A DNA stretch of 64,000 nucleotides from Aestuariivita sp. (GTDB taxonomy: Bacteria; Pseudomonadota; Alphaproteobacteria; Rhodobacterales; Rhodobacteraceae), in assembly GCA_026709985.1 (NCBI GenBank), contig JAPORY010000063.1, positions 6,260 to 70,259 on the forward strand, given 5' to 3'. Position numbers and translations under genes: made by a program. Numbering within the stretch: position 1 is the stretch's first letter; every line of letters starts with the position of its first letter. The notes under the pieces were generated by a model that was given only the letters and a program-made list of their open reading frames with translations, did not search any database and was not told the DNA's origin. Below, one piece after another: positions 19,800-29,428 of the stretch.

Positions 19800-22046
19800 G
19801 TGCGAGCAGGTAACACCCTTTGGGTCAATCGGCTTCGGCAACTAAGTCGTCAACGCCGATTGCGGAATGGCTTAACGATCATACTCGTAGTTTTAGGACC
19901 GCTACTTGCACTCGTTACCTTCTGGGAACTAGCGAAGCTTGATCAAGGTTCACTAGCGCTTGGGCTTCGGCTCATGCTATTGATTGACTTGGTTTATACT
20001 TTGACGGTCGCTGCCCTCGTATTAAGTGCCGTAGTACGTTTGATTGCCGCGCGGCGGGCTCGGTCCGCGGGTTCTCGTTTACACCTGCGGTTGACTGCGA
20101 CTTTTGTTCTTTTAGCCTTAATCCCGACCGTGTCGGTCGCAATATTCGCCGGTTTGACGGTAAATGTTGGCCTAGAAGGTTGGTTCTCGGAGCGCGTGCG
20201 GCAAGTAGTCGGAACCTCGTTTGCCGCGGCTCAGGCCTATGAACAAGAGCAACGCAAGGATCTAGCTGAAGACGCGCAAGCATTGGCAGGGTTCATTGAG
20301 AGCCAGCGTCGCCTTGTATTCATCAATGATGCAGAAGTGCGACAACTTTTGACTCAAGGACAACAACAAATTCAACGAGGATTGAAAGAAGCATTCCTTA
20401 TTGACGGCACCGGTAATATTCGCTCGCGAGGTGAGCGTTCATATCTGTTTGATTTCGAACAACCGAGTTCAAATCAACTCGCGCAAGCAGATAACAGTGG
20501 TCTCGTCATTATTGAGGACTGGGACAATAACGAATTTCGTGCGCTCATCCGCTTGCAAGGCTTTACTGATCGGTTTCTTTACGTCAGTCGGCAAGTCGAT
20601 GGGGATATACTCGCGTTGCTTGATGATACGCAAGCAACGGCAAGATTATATCAAGAACTCGAAAGCCAGCGCGGTAGAATTTTATTTGAGTTTAGTCTTT
20701 TGTATCTTGGGTTTGCTGTAATCCTCCTATTGGCGGCTACTTGGTTCGGATTGTGGTTTGCCGAACGATTATCGCGGCCAATTGGGCGATTAGCGGAGGC
20801 GGCCCAGCAAGTTGGGCTCGGTGATCTTAATGTCAGGGTCATAGAAGAGACGAGTGAGGACGAAATTGCCAACCTCGCCCGCTATTTCAATCAGATGACT
20901 CGCCAACTAAAAGAACAGAGAAACAAACTTCTCGAAAATAATCGGCAAAATGAGGGGCGGAGGAGATTATTTGATAGCGTCTTGAGTTCGGTTACGTCGG
21001 GGGTAGTCGGGTTGGACCCAAGCGGTTGTATTACATTCGCCAATCGATCAGCAGGCCGTTTGATCACCAATACAGATGGCTGCGGCCCCCGCGACATAGC
21101 GGCGGCCGTGCCAGAGTTTGGCAGTGTGTTTGAGCAATTACGCCAGTCAAACTTGGAGGTCTTGCAAGAACAAATACCTCTGCTACACAATGGTAGGCGA
21201 GAAAATTTACTCATTCGAGTCAGTACCCGCCGCAATGAGGACGGATGCTTGGAAGGTTACGTTTTGACCTTTGATGACGTAACAGAGTTGGTTAGTGCAC
21301 AGCGGATGGCGGCTTGGGGCGAAGTTGCGCGCAGAATAGCCCACGAAATTAAGAATCCGCTGACGCCGATCCAGTTATCAGCCGAACGCATAAAACGAAA
21401 ATTTTCCGATAAAGTAGGCGATGAGCGCGATAGACTAGAAAATATGATTGATGTAATCGTCCGTCAAACTGAAGACCTGCGCCGAATCGTTGATGAATTC
21501 TCTAGGTTCGCACGGATGCCTGAACCAAAACAAAAATCAGAAAATCTCATTAAACTACTTCAAGATGTCGTACTTTTGCACGAGGCGGGTCAGAGAAATG
21601 TGTCACTGACAACAGATTTTCCGTCAGAACCCGTTATTATTACCGCCGACGCGACGATGATGGGCCAGGCCTTTACCAATTTAATTAAGAATTCCATAGA
21701 AGCGATTGATAGCTTCATTGTTGCAAACCCAAATACAACAGAGAAGTTTGAGATACGCCTTAAAGTTACCGTTGAAGGAGCAAAAGCAACCATTTCAATC
21801 GCTGATAACGGGATCGGCCTTCCTGCCGACAGAGCACGCCTATTTGAGCCCTACGTCACGACACGAGAGTCAGGAACCGGACTCGGGCTCCCAATAGTCA
21901 ATAAGATTATTGAGGAACATGGTGGAAATCTTGTATTAGAAGATGCACCAAAGTTTGCGGGACAATCCCGCTTTGGAGCTATGGCTGTTGTGACCTTGCC
22001 CACAATGGCCGTAGACTTTAGCGAAAAACAGAAAAATAGGGAGTAG
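19800..22046 (+). CDS. ntrY: Sensor histidine kinase NtrY
   Basis: 748 aa with N-terminal TM segments, HAMP (RPIGRLAEAAQQVGLGDLNVRV), a PAS region, H-box IAHEIKNPLTPIQLSAERI, and N/G boxes. GTG start. Confidence 0.9.
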   Translation: MRAGNTLWVNRLRQLSRQRRLRNGLTIILVVLGPLLALVTFWELAKLDQGSLALGLRLMLLIDLVYTLTVAALVLSAVVRLIAARRARSAGSRLHLRLTATFVLLALIPTVSVAIFAGLTVNVGLEGWFSERVRQVVGTSFAAAQAYEQEQRKDLAEDAQALAGFIESQRRLVFINDAEVRQLLTQGQQQIQRGLKEAFLIDGTGNIRSRGERSYLFDFEQPSSNQLAQADNSGLVIIEDWDNNEFRALIRLQGFTDRFLYVSRQVDGDILALLDDTQATARLYQELESQRGRILFEFSLLYLGFAVILLLAATWFGLWFAERLSRPIGRLAEAAQQVGLGDLNVRVIEETSEDEIANLARYFNQMTRQLKEQRNKLLENNRQNEGRRRLFDSVLSSVTSGVVGLDPSGCITFANRSAGRLITNTDGCGPRDIAAAVPEFGSVFEQLRQSNLEVLQEQIPLLHNGRRENLLIRVSTRRNEDGCLEGYVLTFDDVTELVSAQRMAAWGEVARRIAHEIKNPLTPIQLSAERIKRKFSDKVGDERDRLENMIDVIVRQTEDLRRIVDEFSRFARMPEPKQKSENLIKLLQDVVLLHEAGQRNVSLTTDFPSEPVIITADATMMGQAFTNLIKNSIEAIDSFIVANPNTTEKFEIRLKVTVEGAKATISIADNGIGLPADRARLFEPYVTTRESGTGLGLPIVNKIIEEHGGNLVLEDAPKFAGQSRFGAMAVVTLPTMAVDFSEKQKNRE

Positions 22047-22069
22047 GACCCTCTAGGTCGATTGTTACG

Positions 22070-23476
22070 ATGAATGATATTTTGATTGTCGACGATGAGC
22101 GGGATATCCGGGAATTAGTTGCAGATATTCTTAAAGATGAGGGTTTTTCGACGCGACTTGCGGGCACATCAAAAGATGCAATGGCGCAGATAAAAGAAAA
22201 GATACCATCATTACTAATTCTCGATATATGGTTGAAAGATCGCCAGATGGACGGGATTGATATTCTGAAGGCCGTCAAGCGGGATATTCCCAACATTCCC
22301 GTCGTCATTATCTCTGGTCACGGCAACGTTGAGATTGCAGTCGCTGCGATAAAACAAGGGGCGTACGACTTCATCGAAAAACCTTTCAATATTGATCAAC
22401 TCTTGGTTGTTATAAGACGGGCAATGGAAACCTCGCTATTGCGCAGTGAGAACCGCTCGTTACGACACAATGAGGTGAATGACTCGAAGATGCTCGGAAA
22501 CTCGAATAGTTTTCGATCCCTGATCAACCAACTTGATAAGATCACACGAACGAATAGCCGTGTACTGCTAACCGGTCCTGCTGGTTGCGGAAAAGGAATG
22601 GCGGCCAAATACATTCATACAAATTCATCGCGTTTTAACGCACGCTTTGTGACCGTCAGTTGCATGGGTGTTGAAAGCGACAGATTGGAAGAATCGCTCT
22701 TCGGCAACGAGAGTGCAGAGCGTGGAATAAATCCAGGGTTATTCGAAAAAGCCCACGGCGGAACTATTTATTTCGACGAAGTCGCGGATTTACCGCTTGA
22801 TCTCCAGCTGAAAGTATTGCGGGTGCTCGTTGATGGGCAATTGCAAAGGCCTGGCGGGACGGACATGATCCCAATTGATGTTCGGGTTGTCTCCTCGACG
22901 CAACGCGACATCAGTGCAGAGGTTGAACATAACCGCTTTCGTGGAGAACTTTATCATCGATTAAGTGTTGTGCCAATTTCCGTGCCTTCCCTTGAGGAAC
23001 GACGTGAGGATATCCCGATGTTGGCAGAGCATTTCATTGAGATGGCCAGACAATCACAAGGTTTAGTGCAACGCCATTTGAGCGCGGATGCAAAGACGCA
23101 AATGCAAACGATGTCATGGCCAGGCAACGTAAGACAACTAAGGAACTTGATTGAACGCCTACTGATTCTCGGTGATGAATCGGCCCCCATTGAGTCGCGG
23201 GAACTCTTGTCGGAAGTTAGTGGGTCATCGAAAGGTTCGGAGTTTATCTTATCAGACGAAATGGCCTTGCTACCCTTGCGTCAAGCGCGAGAAGTTTTCG
23301 AGCGTCAGTACCTCTTGACGCAGGTTAACCGATTCCGTGGCAATATTAGCAGAACTGCGGCCTTTATTGGCATGGAGCGTAGCGCTTTGCACCGAAAGTT
23401 AAAATCTCTCGGGGTCCCCACGTCGGGAAAAGGCGCAGAACAAACAGATCAAGTCACTGGTGGTGACTCTGCTTGA
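22070..23476 (+). CDS. ntrX: Response regulator NtrX
   Basis: 468 aa. Receiver (ILIVDDERDIRE...LDIWL), AAA+ core (GPAGCGKG, IYFDEV) and C-terminal HTH. The GAFTGA position reads EESLFGNESAERGINPG, as I recall for NtrX proteins. Confidence 0.9.
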   Translation: MNDILIVDDERDIRELVADILKDEGFSTRLAGTSKDAMAQIKEKIPSLLILDIWLKDRQMDGIDILKAVKRDIPNIPVVIISGHGNVEIAVAAIKQGAYDFIEKPFNIDQLLVVIRRAMETSLLRSENRSLRHNEVNDSKMLGNSNSFRSLINQLDKITRTNSRVLLTGPAGCGKGMAAKYIHTNSSRFNARFVTVSCMGVESDRLEESLFGNESAERGINPGLFEKAHGGTIYFDEVADLPLDLQLKVLRVLVDGQLQRPGGTDMIPIDVRVVSSTQRDISAEVEHNRFRGELYHRLSVVPISVPSLEERREDIPMLAEHFIEMARQSQGLVQRHLSADAKTQMQTMSWPGNVRQLRNLIERLLILGDESAPIESRELLSEVSGSSKGSEFILSDEMALLPLRQAREVFERQYLLTQVNRFRGNISRTAAFIGMERSALHRKLKSLGVPTSGKGAEQTDQVTGGDSA

Positions 23477-23616
23477 TTTTATCTTTCGATGAATCGACAT
23501 AATTTTCAATCACTTGCGGACAATTCGCATTAGTAAGCCGACCAAACTCCCGCGTACCTAGCAATTAGACTTCCTAACGGTACTATCCAATACTGCGTAT
23601 TTCACGGAGTTCATGC

Positions 23617-24987
23617 ATGAAAGTCATTATTGGCGGGGCGGGTCAAGTTGGTTGGCAGATCGCTCGGCATCTTTCGGTAGAGTCAAACGATGTTACAGTA
23701 ATTGATAGCAATCCGGATTTAATTCGGCTCGCCACAGATACTCTGGATGTGCAGGGAATTGCGGGTTACGCCTCTTATCCCGATGTACTCGAACGGGCAG
23801 GGGCACATGACGCAGACATGATTATTGCTGCGACATACTCTGACGAGGTCAATATTGTTACCTGTCAGGTTGCTCATTCGGTGTTTGAAATTAAGCGCAA
23901 GATCGCCCGTTTGCGTGCGCAAGCCTATATTCAAGCTGCCCAGTCTAGTCGAGCCCACGGCCAAGATTTTGGGATCGACGTTGTCATCAGCCCGGAACGC
24001 GAAGTTGCTGCGGCGGCTATGCAGCGATTATCCGTGCCAGCGGCTTTCGATATTGAAACCTTCATGCGCGGCAAAGCCCAATTGCTTGGAATCACAATCG
24101 AAGCCGATTGCCCCGTTATCAATACGCCATTGCGACAGCTTACAGATATGTTTTCAACATTGCGCGTCGTTGTGGTCGGCGTCCGTCGTGCGAATTCACT
24201 TTTTTCTCCCAATGCAATTGATCAGTTATTTGTTAAAGATGACTGTTATCTGCTTTGTCACGCGGACGATGTTGACCGAACGATGAAGATTTTGGGGAAA
24301 ACGCAAAAAACGCAGGAGCGAGTCGTAATTGTCGGGGCGGGAAATGTAGGTCTTGCAGTCGCAAGTGAGTTCGAAACCAAACGCGTTCGCGGCAAGGTCA
24401 TTGAACATTCGCGTGAGCAGGCCGAGCGAGCGGCCGAAATACTTGAGCGAACGATTGTACTCAATGGCGACGGACTTGATAGCGCTCTGTTACGCGAAGC
24501 GGCTATCGATCGGGCCGATGCCATGCTTGCGGTAACCGATGATGACAAGACAAATATGCTTGCCGCGGTACGTGCGAAGGCTGAGGGATGTCCGGTGACA
24601 ATTTCGCTCGTAAACGATCCGACCCTGATTCCGCTAATGGACCCCTTAGGTATTGATGCCTACATTAATCCTAGGGCAATTACTGTTAGTTCTATCTTAC
24701 GGCACATTCGCCAAGGAAGAGTTCGTCAAGTTTATTCTATCGGGGATGCCGAAGCCGAAGTTATTGAGGCAGAGGTGCTTTCGACGTCACCAATCGCAAA
24801 CCAAAGATTGCGAGACATTGATTTCCCAGAAGGGGTGTTGGTAGGAGCCATTGAAAAAAATGGCGAAATATCTCGACCACAGGGTAGTACGCGGATCGAA
24901 CAAGGAGATGTTCTGGCAATTTTTGCTATGGCTGAAGACATACCCGAAGTTGAACGGCTGTTGCAGGTTTCAATTGATTTTTTCTGA
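23617..24987 (+). CDS. trkA: Trk system potassium uptake protein TrkA (two RCK/NAD-binding modules)
   Basis: 456 aa with two Rossmann GxGxxG motifs (IIGGAGQVG and IVGAGNVG), each followed by an RCK_C-like segment. Confidence 0.9.
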   Translation: MKVIIGGAGQVGWQIARHLSVESNDVTVIDSNPDLIRLATDTLDVQGIAGYASYPDVLERAGAHDADMIIAATYSDEVNIVTCQVAHSVFEIKRKIARLRAQAYIQAAQSSRAHGQDFGIDVVISPEREVAAAAMQRLSVPAAFDIETFMRGKAQLLGITIEADCPVINTPLRQLTDMFSTLRVVVVGVRRANSLFSPNAIDQLFVKDDCYLLCHADDVDRTMKILGKTQKTQERVVIVGAGNVGLAVASEFETKRVRGKVIEHSREQAERAAEILERTIVLNGDGLDSALLREAAIDRADAMLAVTDDDKTNMLAAVRAKAEGCPVTISLVNDPTLIPLMDPLGIDAYINPRAITVSSILRHIRQGRVRQVYSIGDAEAEVIEAEVLSTSPIANQRLRDIDFPEGVLVGAIEKNGEISRPQGSTRIEQGDVLAIFAMAEDIPEVERLLQVSIDFF

Positions 24988-24989
24988 CG

Positions 24990-26537
24990 ATGGCTGTGCA
25001 ACTAAAAATTTTGGATTGGAAAAATCAACCGCTTTTTCTCAAATTAATGGTCATCGCTGCGCTGTCGACCTACATTCCCGCCGTGCACGCCTTTGTGAGA
25101 GATGATCATGAAACTTCACGAATATTTTTCTATAGCGGGACCTTAGGCCTTATCGGCTTCTTGATTATCGCGATTGCCGTCGCAAATTCTATTGCGACTC
25201 GAAAAAGTAACGATTTCGGCCACCTGATTTCTCTTATCGCTCTCTTCGTTTTTGCACCACTTTATCTAGCACTCCCGCACTACGAGGCCTTAGATACCGC
25301 CACTTACTTTGATGCTTACGTCGATATGGTAAGCGCACTCACAACAACGGGTGCAGACTTGATCGGCGATCTGCAGACAGTCAATGGCACGATACATCTA
25401 TGGCGCGCTCAAGTTGCTTGGATGGGAGGATTGATGATGTGGATTGCAGCATCAGCAATTCTCGCGCCATTATCACTTGGCGGATTTGAAGTTACCGCAA
25501 AGGGCCAACCTGGCCAAATCGAAATGAGAAATCCTTTTGGAGCAAGAGTTGATCCAATGCGGCGTATAAATCGTTCGGCCGCAGTGTTGGTACCGACTTA
25601 TCTCGGCCTCTCATTTGCACTCTGGTTATATCTTATAATCGCAGGGGAATCAACATTGGTCGCAGCGATCCATGCTATGTCGGTACTTGCAACCAGCGGG
25701 ATTACGATTCCGGGTTCAATGGAAGCTTCGGGATCCGGGGTGATTGGTGAGATTGGGATGGCATTCTTTATGTTATTCGCTCTTTCTCGCCTGACGTTTT
25801 CAAGTGATACGCAAACTAAGATAAAAGTAGAACTCTTTCGAGATCCAGAGTTTCGGATAGGGCTAGCCGTTGTTCTCATCGCTTCGATTTTATTCCTCCT
25901 GCGATTTGCAATGAGTCTTGAAACTATGAGTATATTTCAGTTGCCACCCGAGCAACTCTACCGCGTTATGTGGGGTAACCTGTTCACGGCATTATCGTTT
26001 CTGTCGACCACAGGTTTCGTTAGCGCTGAATGGAATATTGCGCACATTTGGCCGAATATTGGGGCACCGGGTTTGCTCTTGATGGGTTTGGCGATGATTG
26101 GAGGCGGAGTTGCAACCACTGCAGGAGGAGTAAAGCTCCTTCGAATCTATGTTCTCTATATTAATGGCTTGCGTGAAATTGATCATATGATTCACCCCTC
26201 GTCAATTGTCAGTCGTAGCGGAAGTTACCATCAAGTTGAACGCAATCGAGTAATTATCGCATGGGTATTCCTTATGCTTTTTGCCGTGTCTATGGCAGTA
26301 CTTGCTATCCTATTCAGCCTCTTCGGGGTAGGGTTTGAGGAGTCAATCATGCTCGCGGCTACAGCTCTTTCGAACACCGGTCCGCTAACCACTATCGTCG
26401 GTCAGGAGACGTTAGAGTTAGTTAGCCTCGGCGACGGAACCAAACTCGTCTTCGCGGGGGCGATGGTCTTGGGGCGAATAGAAGCGCTTGCGGTGATTTC
26501 TTTGATTGGCACCGAAGTTTGGCGGGGCGAAGCATAG
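24990..26537 (+). CDS. trkH: TrkH-family potassium transporter membrane subunit
   Basis: 515 aa polytopic membrane protein starting 2 nt after the trkA stop, with TTG/SGI/TTG-type selectivity-filter-like segments (LTTTGAD, LATSGIT, LSTTGFV, LSNTGP). Confidence 0.8.
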   Translation: MAVQLKILDWKNQPLFLKLMVIAALSTYIPAVHAFVRDDHETSRIFFYSGTLGLIGFLIIAIAVANSIATRKSNDFGHLISLIALFVFAPLYLALPHYEALDTATYFDAYVDMVSALTTTGADLIGDLQTVNGTIHLWRAQVAWMGGLMMWIAASAILAPLSLGGFEVTAKGQPGQIEMRNPFGARVDPMRRINRSAAVLVPTYLGLSFALWLYLIIAGESTLVAAIHAMSVLATSGITIPGSMEASGSGVIGEIGMAFFMLFALSRLTFSSDTQTKIKVELFRDPEFRIGLAVVLIASILFLLRFAMSLETMSIFQLPPEQLYRVMWGNLFTALSFLSTTGFVSAEWNIAHIWPNIGAPGLLLMGLAMIGGGVATTAGGVKLLRIYVLYINGLREIDHMIHPSSIVSRSGSYHQVERNRVIIAWVFLMLFAVSMAVLAILFSLFGVGFEESIMLAATALSNTGPLTTIVGQETLELVSLGDGTKLVFAGAMVLGRIEALAVISLIGTEVWRGEA

Positions 26538-26651
26538 CCAATAAAGCTTACCTTCAGCAAAGATCCAGTGCTGGTATTGTAATTCTATATGTTTATCAAG
26601 TAGAGTAGGGGCGAGGTGCAGTTGCCTTTTGCGACAGAAAGCGAACTAAAG

Positions 26652-26885
26652 ATGTCTTCAAGATCTGCCAGTTTACAAGAAGCATTTCTCAATCATGTGC
26701 GAAAAAACAAAATACAGGTGACAGTCTATCTAACCAACGGCGTCAAACTTCAGGGAGTTGTTACGTGGTTTGACAATTTTTGCCTTCAATTAAGTCGCGA
26801 TGGGCAGTCTCAGTTGGTCTATAAACACGCAATATCGACAATAATGCCAGCTCAACCAGTTAACCTATACGAGGACGCGGAGTAG
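26652..26885 (+). CDS. hfq: RNA chaperone Hfq
   Basis: Sm motifs: [40 protein letters not shown]...[14 protein letters not shown] prefer ATG 26652 over the ORF-track GTG at 26616, by comparison with typical Hfq N-termini. Confidence 0.95.
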   Translation: MSSRSASLQEAFLNHVRKNKIQVTVYLTNGVKLQGVVTWFDNFCLQLSRDGQSQLVYKHAISTIMPAQPVNLYEDAE

Positions 26886-26920
26886 CTTTAGTAAACGGAA
26901 CGAGATCGCATTCTATTTAC

Positions 26921-26971
26921 GTCGGGACGAGTCCGATAAATCTCCGATCGTTCAAATACCCGACATTTTTT
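26921..26971 (+). terminator. Possible weak intrinsic terminator downstream of hfq
   Basis: GTCGGG (26921-26926) can pair with CCCGAC (26959-26964) and is followed by a T6 run (26966-26971). The loop is very long (about 32 nt), so this is weak. Confidence 0.25.
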
Positions 26972-27014
26972 GAATGGAACTGACGTACTGCCGCGTGACT
27001 GTCGTGCGTTAGTG

Positions 27015-27623
27015 TTAGCTTCCCCAAGTCCGAACGGGTCCACAGTCCAAATGGACAAAATTGGATCGGCTGTAACGACCGACCCCGCCGCCACTACACT
27101 TCAGAGCGGCTCTAGCAGTTTGACCAAGAGATCTAGTTCTAAGGCGTACGTCAGCAGCTCTCCCTTGCACATGTAAGGAATTTCTGGCTACCGAACCTGC
27201 GGACCTAGATCGAAGTAGGGCGTTGGTCTTTGCGCTGCGATAACCAGACAAAAGCGAATAGGGTTCCGTCGTATCCAACAAGATTCGGGTTGCCGCCAAA
27301 ATATCAATAACGCGCACATCAATCGGGAGTTGTTCGTCGGTGCGCCAGTCGCGCATGAAAAAATTTATCTCGCCAAGAACTTCTTCAACATAGTGACCGT
27401 CAATCCAGTAAATTGCGTCAATGCTCTCGCCCGTGCGCCCCGAAAACATACTGATGCGTCTGATATCACTAGTGCCCGAAAGATAGTTGGCAGCAAAGGC
27501 TTGGGAAGCACTCGTGGTGGTGAATAGGGTCGCTGCCATGCCAACAGAAAAACGGCGTCTTGTCAGGTTTCCGATCTGTCCCACCATGCTCGCATTGTCC
27601 TGTAAATCAGTGACGAAACTCAC
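27015..27623 (-). CDS. DUF882/YcbK-family peptidase M15-like protein with twin-arginine signal
   Basis: 202 aa. Tat-like signal LTRRRFSVGMAATLF...SQAFA. C-terminal HVQGRAADV and FVHLD motifs typical of the DUF882/M15 fold. Confidence 0.75.
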   Translation of the reverse strand: MSFVTDLQDNASMVGQIGNLTRRRFSVGMAATLFTTTSASQAFAANYLSGTSDIRRISMFSGRTGESIDAIYWIDGHYVEEVLGEINFFMRDWRTDEQLPIDVRVIDILAATRILLDTTEPYSLLSGYRSAKTNALLRSRSAGSVARNSLHVQGRAADVRLRTRSLGQTARAALKCSGGGVGRYSRSNFVHLDCGPVRTWGS

Positions 27624-27959
27624 AAACCCATAAAGTTCGCTGTCAATTTCAGCCCGTACAAGTTATATTACACAAGTTGGGAACTTAACCAAGATTTTTT
27701 TTGTAGAATCACACTTTTCTTGGTAGTCATTGAGAAATTGGGATTACAGCAGGACGTCGGAAGGTTCGGCGAAGAAGTTTAGATTAGTGACCGCCCTATT
27801 GATCGCTATCTCCAGGCAGTTCTTTTCGATCTAAATTGCCAAGTGATCCGATATCATTGCTCAGCGGCAGGCGAGGGCTGTGATATAATCGGGCAGGATT
27901 TATATCTTCGTTATCGAATCACTGTTTGATATCCATCAAGAAATTATTGAGGCGAGATA

Positions 27960-29048
27960 TTGATGACATTCACAATTGCAGAAATAGCTCGTGAAATTGG
28001 GGCCTCTGCGGTTGGCGATCTGACATTGGAGGTGTCTTCAATAGCAGAACCCGCCACTGCTAGGGACGATCAGCTCGCGATTGCAACAACCGTGAAGTTT
28101 GTCGAACAAATTGCAGTCGGAGACGCTCAAGCAGCGTTGTTGGATAGCAAGACCGACTGGAAATCGCTAGGTCTCAAAGCAGCAATTCTTCTGCAGCGGC
28201 CACGTTATGCCTTGGCTGGCATAACAAAGCACTTTGATCGCGGACAAAAGCTAAAAGAAGGAATCCATCAGACAGCACTCATAGATCCAACTGCTAAGGT
28301 AGATCCATCTGTCAGTATTGGCGCCTATAGCGTGATTGGTAGCGCGGCAACAGTCGGTCGGGACTCGGTAATTGGTCCGTTTTGTATGATTGGTGCAGAA
28401 GCAACCATAGGCCCCGAATGTTACCTGCGTGATCATGTTAGTATTGGAGCACGAGTTACGATTGGTGCTCGGTTCATTGGCCAACCGGGAGTAAGAGTTG
28501 GCGGCGACGGATTCTCGTACGTAACGCCAAGTATTTCGGGGGTCGAGAATGTGCGGAAGACGCTCGGACATCGATGCGATGCCGTTGCACAGGAATATGT
28601 CCGAATACATTCGCTGGGCGCAGTTTGGATCGGAGATGATGTCGAGATGGGTGCAAATTCGACTGTAGATAACGGGACCATCCGAGACACCCAGATCGGC
28701 AATGGATGCAAGTTTGATAACCTGACCCATGTTGGTCATAATGTTGTAATGGGACAGAATTGTCTGGTTTCGGGACAATCTGGAATCGCTGGTTCAGCGG
28801 TTATCGGAAAGAATGTTGTGTTGGGGGGACAAACCGGAGTCTCAGACAATATATTTGTTGGCGATAATGTCGTCGTCGGCGGCGGATCAAAAATACTGTC
28901 GAATGTACCGGCCGGAAAGGTGGTACTTGGTTATCCGGCAATAAAAATGGACCAGCAAATTGAGTGTTATAAGGCTGTCCGCCGTCTGCCACGATTTATG
29001 CGAGAGATTGAGATGTTTCGAAAGAATCTTCTCGGTGGCAAAACTTAA
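27960..29048 (+). CDS. LpxD-like UDP-3-O-acylglucosamine N-acyltransferase (left-handed beta-helix)
   Basis: 362 aa with the LpxD-type N-terminal domain, many hexapeptide repeats, GGDGFSY (compare LpxD GSDGFGY) and a catalytic-His context THVGHNVVMG. Confidence 0.8.
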   Translation: MMTFTIAEIAREIGASAVGDLTLEVSSIAEPATARDDQLAIATTVKFVEQIAVGDAQAALLDSKTDWKSLGLKAAILLQRPRYALAGITKHFDRGQKLKEGIHQTALIDPTAKVDPSVSIGAYSVIGSAATVGRDSVIGPFCMIGAEATIGPECYLRDHVSIGARVTIGARFIGQPGVRVGGDGFSYVTPSISGVENVRKTLGHRCDAVAQEYVRIHSLGAVWIGDDVEMGANSTVDNGTIRDTQIGNGCKFDNLTHVGHNVVMGQNCLVSGQSGIAGSAVIGKNVVLGGQTGVSDNIFVGDNVVVGGGSKILSNVPAGKVVLGYPAIKMDQQIECYKAVRRLPRFMREIEMFRKNLLGGKT

Positions 29049-29086
29049 ATATAAAGTTCTTTCGAAATATGTCAGGATGCTAACCA

Positions 29087-29338
29087 ATGAGTGTCAAACA
29101 GCGGGTAATTAGAATTATTGCTGAGCAAGCTCTACTGTCCCCGTCGGATGTCTCTCTTGATAGCACATTAGATGAACTCGGGATCGACAGTCTCGGAATT
29201 GTCGAAAGTCTGTTTGCTATCGAAGAGGAGTTCGACATTTCGGTTCCCTTCAACGCCAACAGTCCTGCAGATAGCGACTTCGATATTTCAAGTGTGTCAG
29301 CGATCATCGACGGAATTGAAAAGTTAATCAATGAATGA
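29087..29338 (+). CDS. Acyl carrier protein (dedicated, non-housekeeping context)
   Basis: 83 aa with phosphopantetheine attachment motif LGIDSLGIVE. Confidence 0.85.
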   Translation: MSVKQRVIRIIAEQALLSPSDVSLDSTLDELGIDSLGIVESLFAIEEEFDISVPFNANSPADSDFDISSVSAIIDGIEKLINE

Positions 29339-29428
29339 ACTCAATGGTGCGCCTAGGCGAGAATATCCGGCTGCAAGTGATGCTATAGCGTATCGCGACC
29401 CAATCCGGCTTTTTATCTGTAAGAAATC

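Noticed and set aside
26616-26651. Longer Hfq N-terminus starting at GTG 26616, as given in the ORF track.
   Set aside because: The 12-aa extension ([12 protein letters not shown]) has no counterpart in the Hfq proteins I know, whereas ATG 26652 gives a standard N-terminus. An AGGGG upstream of the GTG keeps this slightly open.
28251-28778. 175-aa ORF, plus two shorter ones, antisense to the lpxD-like gene.
   Set aside because: Hexapeptide-repeat genes commonly generate long antisense frames. The content is low-complexity and Cys/Arg-rich, with no motifs.
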